This document shows positions 8,892-20,007 of a stretch of DNA of 64,000 bases, in pieces. Both the position numbers and the translations under genes were made by a program. The stretch spans positions 2,784,001-2,848,000 of the forward strand of contig CBDCWG010000012.1 in the NCBI GenBank assembly GCA_965223345.1. Reading direction: 5' to 3'. Numbering within the stretch: the first letter of the stretch is position 1; each line of letters starts with the position of its first letter. Origin of the DNA: Nitrospinales bacterium (GTDB lineage Bacteria > Nitrospinota > Nitrospinia > Nitrospinales > VA-1). The notes under the pieces are model-generated. The model was not told where the DNA came from. It saw nothing but the letters and a program-made list of their open reading frames with translations, and made no database searches.

Positions 8892-9203
8892 AGTAAATTG
8901 AATGAAATCACTGCTATTTACACCACTTTCCCTTTAAATATCTGATTTTTAAGGTTAAGATGTCTTTTATCGCCCTGCCCCCGGTATTTGTGGCGGTTTC
9001 ATAAGGGTTCCGGGCCTCCCGGTTCGATCCGGCCTGCGGCATACATTTCAAGTTTCAGGACGCAATGCGGCGGGTTCGCCGGCGAAAACGGGTGTGAATC
9101 CCGTATTTTTTCTCTATTTATAAGGTGAATTCTGACACCGGTATTCAGTCATTCTCCCCGGTGGCGTTTCATTTTTTATTCAACGAAAGCTCTTGAAAAC
9201 ATC

Positions 9204-11501
9204 ATGGCCACGGAAAAAGTATCTGACATTCAGGTCGAACTGGAAAACCGCTTTCTGACCTACGCGCTTTCCACCATCGTTTCCCGCTCGCTTCCCGACG
9301 TGCGCGACGGCTTGAAGCCGATTCACCGCCGGATCCTGTACGCCATGGACAGCATGGGCGTGAGCTCCGCGGCCAAATTCGTGAAATCCGCCAAGATCAT
9401 CGGTGAGGTGCTCGGTAAATACCACCCGCACGGCGACGCCTCGACCTACGAATCGATGGTGCGCATGGCTCAGGATTTTTCCCTGCGCTATCCGCTGGTG
9501 GACGGCAAGGGCAATTTCGGCTCCATCGACGGCGACGCGCCCGCCGCCTACCGCTACACGGAAGGCCGGCTGCGCCCGATCAGCTCGTTTTTGCTGAACG
9601 ACCTGAAAAAAGACACGGTGGATTTCCGGCAGAACTACGACAACACGCTCAGGGAACCGGTGGTGCTGCCCTCGCGGGTGCCGAATCTTCTGATCAACGG
9701 CGCGGCGGGCATCGCGGTCGGCATGGCCTGTTCGTTTCCCAGCCACAACCTCAAGGAAGTGGTGAACGCGCTGATCGCGCTGATCGACGAGCCGGATCTT
9801 TCGACCGCGCAGATCATGAAGCACATCAAGGGGCCGGATTTCCCCACCGGCGGCATTCTGCTCAACACCAAAGCGGAGCTCAAGCAGGCGTATGAGACCG
9901 GTTCGGGGACGCTCAAGATCCGCGGCGAATGGAAAATGGAGACGCTGGCGCGCGGCAAGCGGCAGATCATTCTCACTTCCATCCCCTACGGCGTGAACAA
10001 GGCGAAGATGATCGAAAAAATCGCCGAAATCATCATCGCGAAAAAACTGCCGCCGCTGGTGGACGTGCGCGATGAAAGCGACGAGGCGATCCGGGTGGTG
10101 CTGGAAGTCAAAAACGGCGCCGAGCCGGAAAAACTGATGAGCTACCTGTTCAAGCACACGGACCTGGAATCGAATTTTCAGCTCAATTTCACCTGCCTCA
10201 AGCCCAACGGCGAGCCGGACCGGCTGTCTCTGATCGCCATCTGCAAATACTTCCTGGAATTCCGCAAGGAAGTCATCACGCGCAGGCTGAAATACGAACT
10301 GGACCTGATCAACCGGCGGCTGCACATTCTCGAAGGCTTTGCGAAGATCTTCGACGATCTCGACCGCGCCCTCAAGCTGATCCGCTCGTCTTCTTCCCGG
10401 CAGGAAGCGCACGAAAAACTGAAAAAAGGCTTCAAGCTCGACGACGAGCAGACCAGCGCGATCCTGGAAATCCCGCTTTACCGGCTGGTTTCGATGGAGA
10501 TCGGCAAGATCCTGGAAGAGCAGCAGGAAAAGCTGAAAGAGAAAAAACGCATCGAAGGCATCCTGAAATCGGACAAAAAGATCTGGAAAGAAGTGAAAGG
10601 GGAACTCGAAGAGATCGTCGAGAAATTCGGCGACAAGCGGCAGACCGAGCTGGGTGCCAAAAAAGTGCTGGAAGACGTCGAATACAACGTCGAGGACTTC
10701 ATCGAGCACGAAGACGTGACGCTGGTGCTGAGCAAAAACGGCTGGCTGCGCAAGCTCAAGTCGCTCTCCGACCCCGATTCGCTGAAATTCAAGGAAAACG
10801 ACGCCCTGATGGACGTGCTGAAGATCAACACCAAAGACCGGGTGGCGTTTTTCACCAGCCTGGGAACAGTGTACATCCAGAAGGTGTACGGGCTGCCGAC
10901 CACGCACGCCCGCAGTTTTGGCGAACCCATTCAGAACCTGTTCAAATTCGGCGACGGCGAACGGGTGCTGCACATGATGTCGCTGGATGAGCCGGAAGAA
11001 ATCGAGGAAGCCCCCGCCAAAACCAAAGGCAAGGGAAAGAGCAAGCAGACGAGCCTGGATTTTGAAAACGAGGCCGCGTCCGCTCCCGAGTTCATGGTGG
11101 CCAGCGCCTCCGGAATGGGATTTCGCTTCGTGCTCGACAACGCCTCGGAGACGACGCGCTCCGGCCGACGCATCATGTCGCTCAAGGAGGGAGACCGCAT
11201 GGTTGCGGTCGCGCCGGTGACCGGCGACCTGCTGTTCCTGGCGGCGGAAAACGGCAAGGGCATGATCGTTCCCATCGATCAGATAACCCAGTTGACGGGA
11301 ACCGGAAAAGGCGTCAAGCTGATGAAGCTGGTGGACAGCCAACTGGCCGGTTTCAAGATCGTCAACAAGAAGGACAAGATCACCCTGATTTTCGACAAGG
11401 GCAATCCCAAGGAGCTCAAAGTCAAAGACGTGCCGAAATACAACCGCGGAACGCAGGGGGTCATCCTCGCGAAACGCAAAAAGATCGTCGATATCGAATA
11501 A
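9204..11501 (+). CDS. parC: Type IIA topoisomerase subunit A (TopoIV ParC-like)
   Basis: [34 protein letters not shown] (catalytic Tyr), PDFPTGG; no GyrA-box seen in the CTD. Confidence 0.85.
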   Translation: MATEKVSDIQVELENRFLTYALSTIVSRSLPDVRDGLKPIHRRILYAMDSMGVSSAAKFVKSAKIIGEVLGKYHPHGDASTYESMVRMAQDFSLRYPLVDGKGNFGSIDGDAPAAYRYTEGRLRPISSFLLNDLKKDTVDFRQNYDNTLREPVVLPSRVPNLLINGAAGIAVGMACSFPSHNLKEVVNALIALIDEPDLSTAQIMKHIKGPDFPTGGILLNTKAELKQAYETGSGTLKIRGEWKMETLARGKRQIILTSIPYGVNKAKMIEKIAEIIIAKKLPPLVDVRDESDEAIRVVLEVKNGAEPEKLMSYLFKHTDLESNFQLNFTCLKPNGEPDRLSLIAICKYFLEFRKEVITRRLKYELDLINRRLHILEGFAKIFDDLDRALKLIRSSSSRQEAHEKLKKGFKLDDEQTSAILEIPLYRLVSMEIGKILEEQQEKLKEKKRIEGILKSDKKIWKEVKGELEEIVEKFGDKRQTELGAKKVLEDVEYNVEDFIEHEDVTLVLSKNGWLRKLKSLSDPDSLKFKENDALMDVLKINTKDRVAFFTSLGTVYIQKVYGLPTTHARSFGEPIQNLFKFGDGERVLHMMSLDEPEEIEEAPAKTKGKGKSKQTSLDFENEAASAPEFMVASASGMGFRFVLDNASETTRSGRRIMSLKEGDRMVAVAPVTGDLLFLAAENGKGMIVPIDQITQLTGTGKGVKLMKLVDSQLAGFKIVNKKDKITLIFDKGNPKELKVKDVPKYNRGTQGVILAKRKKIVDIE

Positions 11502-11551
11502 GACCGTTCTCAGGAGCGGAAACACCACAACCCTCGTAGCATCGGAAGAAC

Positions 11552-13441
<1,890 letters not shown>

Positions 13442-13552
13442 CGGCGCTCACCGGCCTTTTTCCGCCTATCCGCCCTGCGAACGCAAGGGCCTGAAAAACC
13501 CCCTTTTCCCCTCCCCCGCAGCCCTTTCGGACTGAATTTTCACGCCCCGATA

Positions 13553-13581
13553 AATATATTTACTTTCATGGTAAATATATT
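13553..13581. promoter_or_regulatory. Perfect 11-bp inverted repeat, putative operator upstream of the ATPase array
   Basis: AATATATTTAC-tttcatg-GTAAATATATT. Confidence 0.45.
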
Positions 13582-13720
13582 GAAAACGCGGGCTTAAGGC
13601 CAATAAAATCAACCCTATTTTTGAATCCCGCGCTTCGATTCGTCTTGAGTTTTTGCCCGCAAGACGGTACACTGAGTCTTTAAACCCCTAATAAATATAC
13701 GATTTTCTCTGATCCGATAA

Positions 13721-16700
13721 ATGGCATTTTTCTCTAAATTGATGCGGTCCTCCCGGCCGAGGGATCCGCGATACGGCGGACAACCGCATAATTTCCAGTA
13801 CCCTCAGGATCCCGCGGCGTATCAGGAACCGGGACTGCCCACGGAAGATTCCGAATTCGAACCCACGATCGTGGTCGAAGGCGACGAATCGCCGTTCTCC
13901 GCGCCGCCTGCCGAAGCACCCGTCACACAGGGCCGCCGCTCGTCGGATGCGGTGGTCACCGGAGAGGAATACAACGAGCTCGCCGGCGAACGCAACCTCG
14001 GACGCCGCGCTACCGATCAGATCCGCCCTCTGGTGCAAAAGATCCTGTCGGGCAGCAGCATCACCGGCATCCTGTCTTCGCTCACACGCGACCTGATCAA
14101 TATTTTTCAGTGCCAGTCGGTGCAGATTTACGCGGTGGATCTGGCGCGCAGGCAGCTGGTGTCGATCACCCACGCCCTGGAAGAGGAAAAGGAATTCCGG
14201 CTCGACATCTCTCCCAAAAGCCTCGCCGGCTTCTGTGCGGCGACGGGCAAGACGGTCAATGTCGCCGACGTGACCTCGACCAAGGAGCTGAAAAAGATCC
14301 ACGCGGATCTGAAGCACGACCAGACCTGGGAAAAACAGGCCAAGATCCGCATCGAATCGATGCTGGTGACCGCCCTGCCCTTCGAGAAAAGGCTCATGGG
14401 CGTTCTGGAGGTCATCAACAAAACCAAGGACGCGCATTTTTCCGAAGCGGACGTCCGGCAGGCCAAGGAACTTTCCACCACGCTCGGCCACGCTCTGGTC
14501 AAACTGGAGATCGAGCAGATCGAAGAGCAGACCCGCGCGGTGGCGCACGCGATCCATTCCGCAAAAAACATCGACGAGATCCTGGCTGAATTGAAACCCT
14601 CCATTCAGGAAATTTTCGATGCGGGGATGCTGACCATCTACTCGTTGGATGAGAAAAAGAACGAAATCTTCTCCAAGGTGAAATCGGAAAACAGCATCAA
14701 AGAAATCCGCCTCCCCATTTCCGCCAAAAGCATCGCCGGTTGTGTGGCTCTGGAAAAAAGACCCATCAACCTCGCCGACGTCAACAACAAGGCCGAACTG
14801 CAGAACTACAAGAAGGAACTCCAGTTCGACGGCTCCTGGGACAAGAAGAGCGGGCTCAAGACCAAGTCCATGCTGGCCTATCCGCTCATCCACCTGAACA
14901 AGGTGATGGGCGTGCTGCAGGTCGCCAACAAGACCACCACGGACCGTTTTTCCTCGTTCGACGAGCGCAACGCCAAGATCATCGGCGACACCCTGGCGCT
15001 CGCCGTCTACAACCAGTGGAAAGCGCAGCAGAAAAAGCGCACCAAGTTCGGCTATCTCGTGGAGAAAGGCATCGTGTCGCAGGACGAGCTGAACGCGGGC
15101 ATCGCCAAGGCGCGCATGAAGCGCGTGGACGTCGAAGACATCCTGCTGGCGGAAATGAAACTGAAGCGCTCGGATATCGGGAAATCGCTGGAAGCCTATT
15201 ACGACATCCCCTACACGGGTTACAGCGAATCGGTTGTGCTGCCTAGCCATGTGTTCGCGGGCCTGAACAAGAACTATCTGGCCAAGAACAACTGGGTGCC
15301 ACTGCAGAACACGCCGACGCACGCGCTGATTCTCATCGACGACCCGGCCAACCAGGACAAGATCGCCAGCATCAAAATGATCTTTCCGAAAAAATCGGTG
15401 GAGTTTCAGGTCGGCCTGAAAGCGGACATCCGCGATTTTCTCAATTCCAACCTCTCATCGGACGAACCGGCGCACGAAGAAGCGCACGAAGAACCGGCGC
15501 ACACCGAGGAGGTTTCCAGCCTGCTGAACGCGCTGGTGGACGAGCGCCAAGACGACGTGATCGATCTGGGCGTCACCAGCGACGACGCGGTCACGGCGAT
15601 CAGCGAAACCGACAGCACCATCGTCCGGCTGGTGAACAAAATCCTGACCGACGCCTACGATCAGGGCGTTTCGGACATTCATCTGGAACCGGGAACCGGC
15701 AAGAAGGACGTCAAAGTCCGTTTTCGCAAGGACGGCTCCTGCCGGGTGTACCAGCAGATCCCGTTCATGTACAAACAGGCGATCATCTCCCGCATCAAGA
15801 TCATGTCGCGCCTCGACATCGCGGAAAAACGCATGCCGCAGGACGGCAAGATCAAAATGCGCTACGGCAAAAAGGAAATCGAGTTCCGCGTCGCCACCTG
15901 CCCGACCGTGGGCGGCAACGAAGACGCGGTGCTGCGAATCCTTTCCTCCAGCAAGCCGATCCCGCTTGCGGAAATGGGTTTTCTCGACCAGAACCTCAAG
16001 GTCATTGGGGAAATGATCGCCAAGCCGTATGGCTTGATCCTCGTCGTGGGCCCGACCGGTTCCGGTAAGACCACGACGCTGCATTCCTGCCTCGGGCAGA
16101 TCAACAGCGACGAGCGCAAGATCTGGACCGCCGAGGATCCGGTGGAGATCACGCAGGAGGGGCTCAGGCAGGTGCAGATGCAGGACAAGATCGGCCTGAA
16201 TTTCGCCCGCGCCATGCGCTCGTTTCTGCGCGGCGACCCGGACGTCATCATGGTGGGTGAGATGCGCGACACCGAGACCGCTTCCATCGGCCTGGAAGCC
16301 TCGCTGACAGGGCATCTGGTGTTCAGCACGCTGCACACCAACTCGGCGCCGGAAACCATCACCCGTCTGCTCGACATGGGCATGAACCCGCTCAACTTCT
16401 CCGACGCGCTGCTGTTGATCGTCGCGCAGAGGCTGCTCAAAACACTGTGCAAGAAATGCAAGGAGCCCTACAACCCGAGCAAGGAGGAGTTCGAGATCCT
16501 GGCGAAGGAATACGGGGTCAAGGAATTTCAGAAACTGGGCATCAAATACAGCAAGGACCTGAAGCTTTTCCAACCGAAAGGCTGCTCGGCCTGTGGCGAC
16601 ACGGGCTATGCCGGACGGATGGGCATTCACGAAGTGCTGAGCGGCACCGATGAGATGAAACGCATGATCATGCGCTCGGCCATGGTGGATGAGATCCGGA

Positions 16701-16807
16701 AGCGGGCGATCGAGGATGGCATGTTCACGCTTAAGCAGGACGGCATCCAGAAAATCTTTCAGGGACACTGCGACATCAAGCAGGTGCAGGCGGTCTGTGT
16801 GGTCTGA
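13721..16807 (+). CDS. GspE/PilB-family secretion ATPase with two GAF domains (copy 1)
   Basis: Two GAF-like repeats (SLAGFCAATGKTVNVADV; GVLEVINK), MshEN-like helix, SDIHLEP, RMPQDG, GPTGSGKTT, TAEDPVE, DPDVIMVGEMRD, TGHLVFSTLHTN, Cys4 Zn site. Confidence 0.9.
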   Translation: MAFFSKLMRSSRPRDPRYGGQPHNFQYPQDPAAYQEPGLPTEDSEFEPTIVVEGDESPFSAPPAEAPVTQGRRSSDAVVTGEEYNELAGERNLGRRATDQIRPLVQKILSGSSITGILSSLTRDLINIFQCQSVQIYAVDLARRQLVSITHALEEEKEFRLDISPKSLAGFCAATGKTVNVADVTSTKELKKIHADLKHDQTWEKQAKIRIESMLVTALPFEKRLMGVLEVINKTKDAHFSEADVRQAKELSTTLGHALVKLEIEQIEEQTRAVAHAIHSAKNIDEILAELKPSIQEIFDAGMLTIYSLDEKKNEIFSKVKSENSIKEIRLPISAKSIAGCVALEKRPINLADVNNKAELQNYKKELQFDGSWDKKSGLKTKSMLAYPLIHLNKVMGVLQVANKTTTDRFSSFDERNAKIIGDTLALAVYNQWKAQQKKRTKFGYLVEKGIVSQDELNAGIAKARMKRVDVEDILLAEMKLKRSDIGKSLEAYYDIPYTGYSESVVLPSHVFAGLNKNYLAKNNWVPLQNTPTHALILIDDPANQDKIASIKMIFPKKSVEFQVGLKADIRDFLNSNLSSDEPAHEEAHEEPAHTEEVSSLLNALVDERQDDVIDLGVTSDDAVTAISETDSTIVRLVNKILTDAYDQGVSDIHLEPGTGKKDVKVRFRKDGSCRVYQQIPFMYKQAIISRIKIMSRLDIAEKRMPQDGKIKMRYGKKEIEFRVATCPTVGGNEDAVLRILSSSKPIPLAEMGFLDQNLKVIGEMIAKPYGLILVVGPTGSGKTTTLHSCLGQINSDERKIWTAEDPVEITQEGLRQVQMQDKIGLNFARAMRSFLRGDPDVIMVGEMRDTETASIGLEASLTGHLVFSTLHTNSAPETITRLLDMGMNPLNFSDALLLIVAQRLLKTLCKKCKEPYNPSKEEFEILAKEYGVKEFQKLGIKYSKDLKLFQPKGCSACGDTGYAGRMGIHEVLSGTDEMKRMIMRSAMVDEIRKRAIEDGMFTLKQDGIQKIFQGHCDIKQVQAVCVV

Positions 16808-16921
16808 TACGGACACACACGGCAAAAAAAGTTCAAAAAAAATCTTATTCACAATAATGTGTGCTATTAATTCAATGGCATGCTTTTCAATGTAATTGTT
16901 TGAACCACAACCTCTCGGTTC

Positions 16922-19819
16922 ATGAACACACCGCATCAAAATTTCGCACGCGAACACGGGCAGGACCCCTCCAAGGTCATCCTGGCTAAAGTCCAGGGCG
17001 CCCGGGACATGGTGGAGATCCTGCCTTCCCTGATCGAAGACCTCAAAGAGCTTTTCGACTGTGAGGCCGTGTCGCTGTTCGCGCTCGACCGCAAGAACCG
17101 GCAGCTGTTCTCGCGCAACCCCATCTCCGACATCCTTTCGGAAATCCGCGTGGACATCTCGATCAAAAACCTAGCGGGCTTTGTGGCGGCGACCGGAAAA
17201 TCCCTGAACATCCACGACGCCTATGACGAGGACGAGTTGACGCAGTACCACCCGCAGCTCGCGCACGGTTCGACGCTGGACAAACTGCTCGATTTCAAGA
17301 CCCGGTCCATCCTGGTTCTGCCCCTTCCTTACAACCGCAAACTCATCGGGGTGCTGGAAATCATCAACAAGAAAGACGACGGCGTCTTTTCCGATGCGGA
17401 CATGAAGCTCGCCCGCGACCTGTCTCCGGTTCTCGGCCTGACGCTGATGAAACTGGAAAAGCAGGCCGCCCGGCAGCAAGCTGCCCCGGCCCAAGAACCG
17501 GAACCGGCTCAATCGGACCCGCAAGCGGGAAGATCCGAATCGGCCGAAGAGAGACTGCACAAGCTTTCCCAGTCCATCCACGCCGCCAAAGACGTCGATG
17601 AGATTCTCATCGATCTCAAGGAACCGCTCATCGAGATCTTCGATGTGGAAATGATCACCCTGTACGCGGTGGACACGCACAAGAACGAGATCTACTCGAA
17701 AATGAAATCCGGCGACGGCATCGCCGAAATCCGGGTTCCCATTTCCCCGCAGAGCATCTCCGGCTGGGTGGCGATGGAGCAGACGATGGTTTCCATCGCC
17801 GACGTGTACGACGATCAGGAACTCAAGAAATACCATCCGGACCTGACGTTCGACGATTCCTGGGACAAGCAGTCCGGACAGCGAACCCGCTCGATGCTGG
17901 TCTGCCCGATGGTGCAGAACGGCCAGTTGATGGGCGTCCTGCAGCTGATCAACAAAAAAGGCGACGGTGTTTTCACATCGCGGGACATCAAGTTCGGCAA
18001 CATCATTTCAGAAACCCTGGCGCTGGCCTTCAGCAACCAGAAGAAATTCGTTCAGCAAAAGCCCACCAAGTTCAGCTATATCCTGAACAACGGCATCATC
18101 AGCGAAGAGGAACTCTCGACCGCCATCACGCAGGCGAGAAAAAATCAGGTCGATATCGAGGCCATCCTGCTGGGCAACGTCGGCCTGTCGCGCAAGGAGC
18201 TGGGACACTCGCTGGAAAATTTCTACGGCATTCCCTATTACGGCTATCACGATTCCATCATCCTGCCGAGCGAAGTGCTGGCCGGGTTGAACAAGAACTT
18301 TCTCGCCAAGAACCACTGGCTGCCGATCCACAACGACAGCGAAAAAGTCGTCATCCTGACCAACGACCCGACCAATCCGGACAAGCTGCAGAACATCAAG
18401 CAGATCTTCACCAAAAAGGAAATCGAGTTCAAGGTCGGCCTGAAAGCCGACGTCATCGATTTTTTGAACTCGATCACCGGTGACATCGACCATGGCAAGG
18501 TCGAAGAGGCCGCCAAGCCGGAAGAAATGTCCAGCCTCCTCACTGCGCTCATGGACGAGACGGAAAAGGAAGTGGTCGATGCGCATGAGGACGACGACGA
18601 TGCCAACGCCATCAGCGAAACCGACAGCACCATCGTCCGGCTCGTCAACAAGGTGCTGATCGATGCGTATGAGCGGGGCGTGTCGGACATCCACATCGAA
18701 CCGGGCATCGGCAAGGAAAAGGTGAACGTGCGCTTCCGCAAAGACGGCGAGTGCATGGTCTATGAAGAAATCCCGTCGCTGTACAAGCAGGCCATCATCT
18801 CCCGCATCAAGATCATGTCGCGCCTCGACATCGCCGAACGGCGCATGCCGCAGGACGGCAAGATCAAAATGCGCTACGGCCGCAAAGAGATCGAATTCCG
18901 CGTCGCCACCTGCCCCACCGTCGGCGGCAACGAGGACGCGGTGCTGCGTATCCTGGCGCAGAGCAAACCGATTCCGCTCGATCAGATGAACCTGAGCGAG
19001 CGCAACCTGGAACGCATCCGCGAACAGTCCGTCAAACCCTATGGCTTGATCCTCGTCGTGGGCCCGACCGGTTCCGGCAAGACCACGACGCTGCATTCCT
19101 GCCTGGGACACATCAACCAACCCAACCGCAAGATCTGGACCGCGGAAGATCCGGTCGAGATCACGCAAAAGGGCCTGAGACAGGTGCAGATGCTGGACAA
19201 GATCGGCCTGAATTTCGCCCGCGCCATGCGTTCGTTTTTGCGCGGTGATCCGGACGTCATCATGGTCGGTGAGATGCGCGACACGGAAACGGCATCGATC
19301 GGCCTGGAGGCTTCGCTCACCGGTCACATGGTGTTCAGCACACTGCACACCAACTCGGCGCCGGAAACCATCACCCGTCTGCTCGATATGGGCATGAACC
19401 CGCTCAACTTCGCCGATGCGCTGTTGTTGATCGTCGCGCAGAGGCTTGTCAAAACACTGTGCAAGGAATGCAAGGAGGATTACCACCCCTCACAGGAAGA
19501 GTTCGACACGCTGGTCAAGGAATACGGGCCGGAAGCCTTTGAAAGACTCGACATCGAATACAACGACGATTTGATGATAAAAAAACCCGTGGGCTGCCAG
19601 GCCTGCGGTGACACTGGTTATGCGGGCCGCACCGCGCTGCATGAAGTTCTCGATGCGAGTGCGGAAATGAAACGGCTCATCATGAAGTCCGCACTCGTCG
19701 AAGAGTTGCGCGAGCAGGCGATGAAAGACGGCATGACCACCCTCAAGCAGGACGGAATCGAAAAGATCTTCAAAGGAGATTGCGATCTCAAATCCGTTCT
19801 CTCCGTTTGTATTGTGTGA
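16922..19819 (+). CDS. GspE/PilB-family secretion ATPase with two GAF domains (copy 2)
   Basis: Same architecture as copy 1, all motifs intact (GPTGSGKTT, GEMRD, TLHTN, CKEC...CQAC). Confidence 0.9.
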   Translation: MNTPHQNFAREHGQDPSKVILAKVQGARDMVEILPSLIEDLKELFDCEAVSLFALDRKNRQLFSRNPISDILSEIRVDISIKNLAGFVAATGKSLNIHDAYDEDELTQYHPQLAHGSTLDKLLDFKTRSILVLPLPYNRKLIGVLEIINKKDDGVFSDADMKLARDLSPVLGLTLMKLEKQAARQQAAPAQEPEPAQSDPQAGRSESAEERLHKLSQSIHAAKDVDEILIDLKEPLIEIFDVEMITLYAVDTHKNEIYSKMKSGDGIAEIRVPISPQSISGWVAMEQTMVSIADVYDDQELKKYHPDLTFDDSWDKQSGQRTRSMLVCPMVQNGQLMGVLQLINKKGDGVFTSRDIKFGNIISETLALAFSNQKKFVQQKPTKFSYILNNGIISEEELSTAITQARKNQVDIEAILLGNVGLSRKELGHSLENFYGIPYYGYHDSIILPSEVLAGLNKNFLAKNHWLPIHNDSEKVVILTNDPTNPDKLQNIKQIFTKKEIEFKVGLKADVIDFLNSITGDIDHGKVEEAAKPEEMSSLLTALMDETEKEVVDAHEDDDDANAISETDSTIVRLVNKVLIDAYERGVSDIHIEPGIGKEKVNVRFRKDGECMVYEEIPSLYKQAIISRIKIMSRLDIAERRMPQDGKIKMRYGRKEIEFRVATCPTVGGNEDAVLRILAQSKPIPLDQMNLSERNLERIREQSVKPYGLILVVGPTGSGKTTTLHSCLGHINQPNRKIWTAEDPVEITQKGLRQVQMLDKIGLNFARAMRSFLRGDPDVIMVGEMRDTETASIGLEASLTGHMVFSTLHTNSAPETITRLLDMGMNPLNFADALLLIVAQRLVKTLCKECKEDYHPSQEEFDTLVKEYGPEAFERLDIEYNDDLMIKKPVGCQACGDTGYAGRTALHEVLDASAEMKRLIMKSALVEELREQAMKDGMTTLKQDGIEKIFKGDCDLKSVLSVCIV

Positions 19820-20007
19820 CCTGCCTCACAAACACTCCATTTATAAAAATAAAATCCGTTTTTATTTTTCCAATCTGTAATTTTTGTGATACATTTTTCC
19901 AATAACTGCAAAAAATTCAGGCTTCGTCGTTCTCCATAAATGTCAGGGCCTTTTAAAACCGTACTTTTCTTATAGACGGTCTTTCAAGCCCACACATCGA
20001 TTCAAAA

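Noticed and set aside
9015..9040. GGTTCGATCC resembling a tRNA T-loop or att remnant
   Set aside because: No 5-bp T-stem with a 7-nt loop and no cloverleaf can be built
15463..15505. Short direct repeats GCGCACGAAGAA
   Set aside because: In-frame linker duplication (EPAHEEAHEEPAH); not CRISPR or a regulatory repeat
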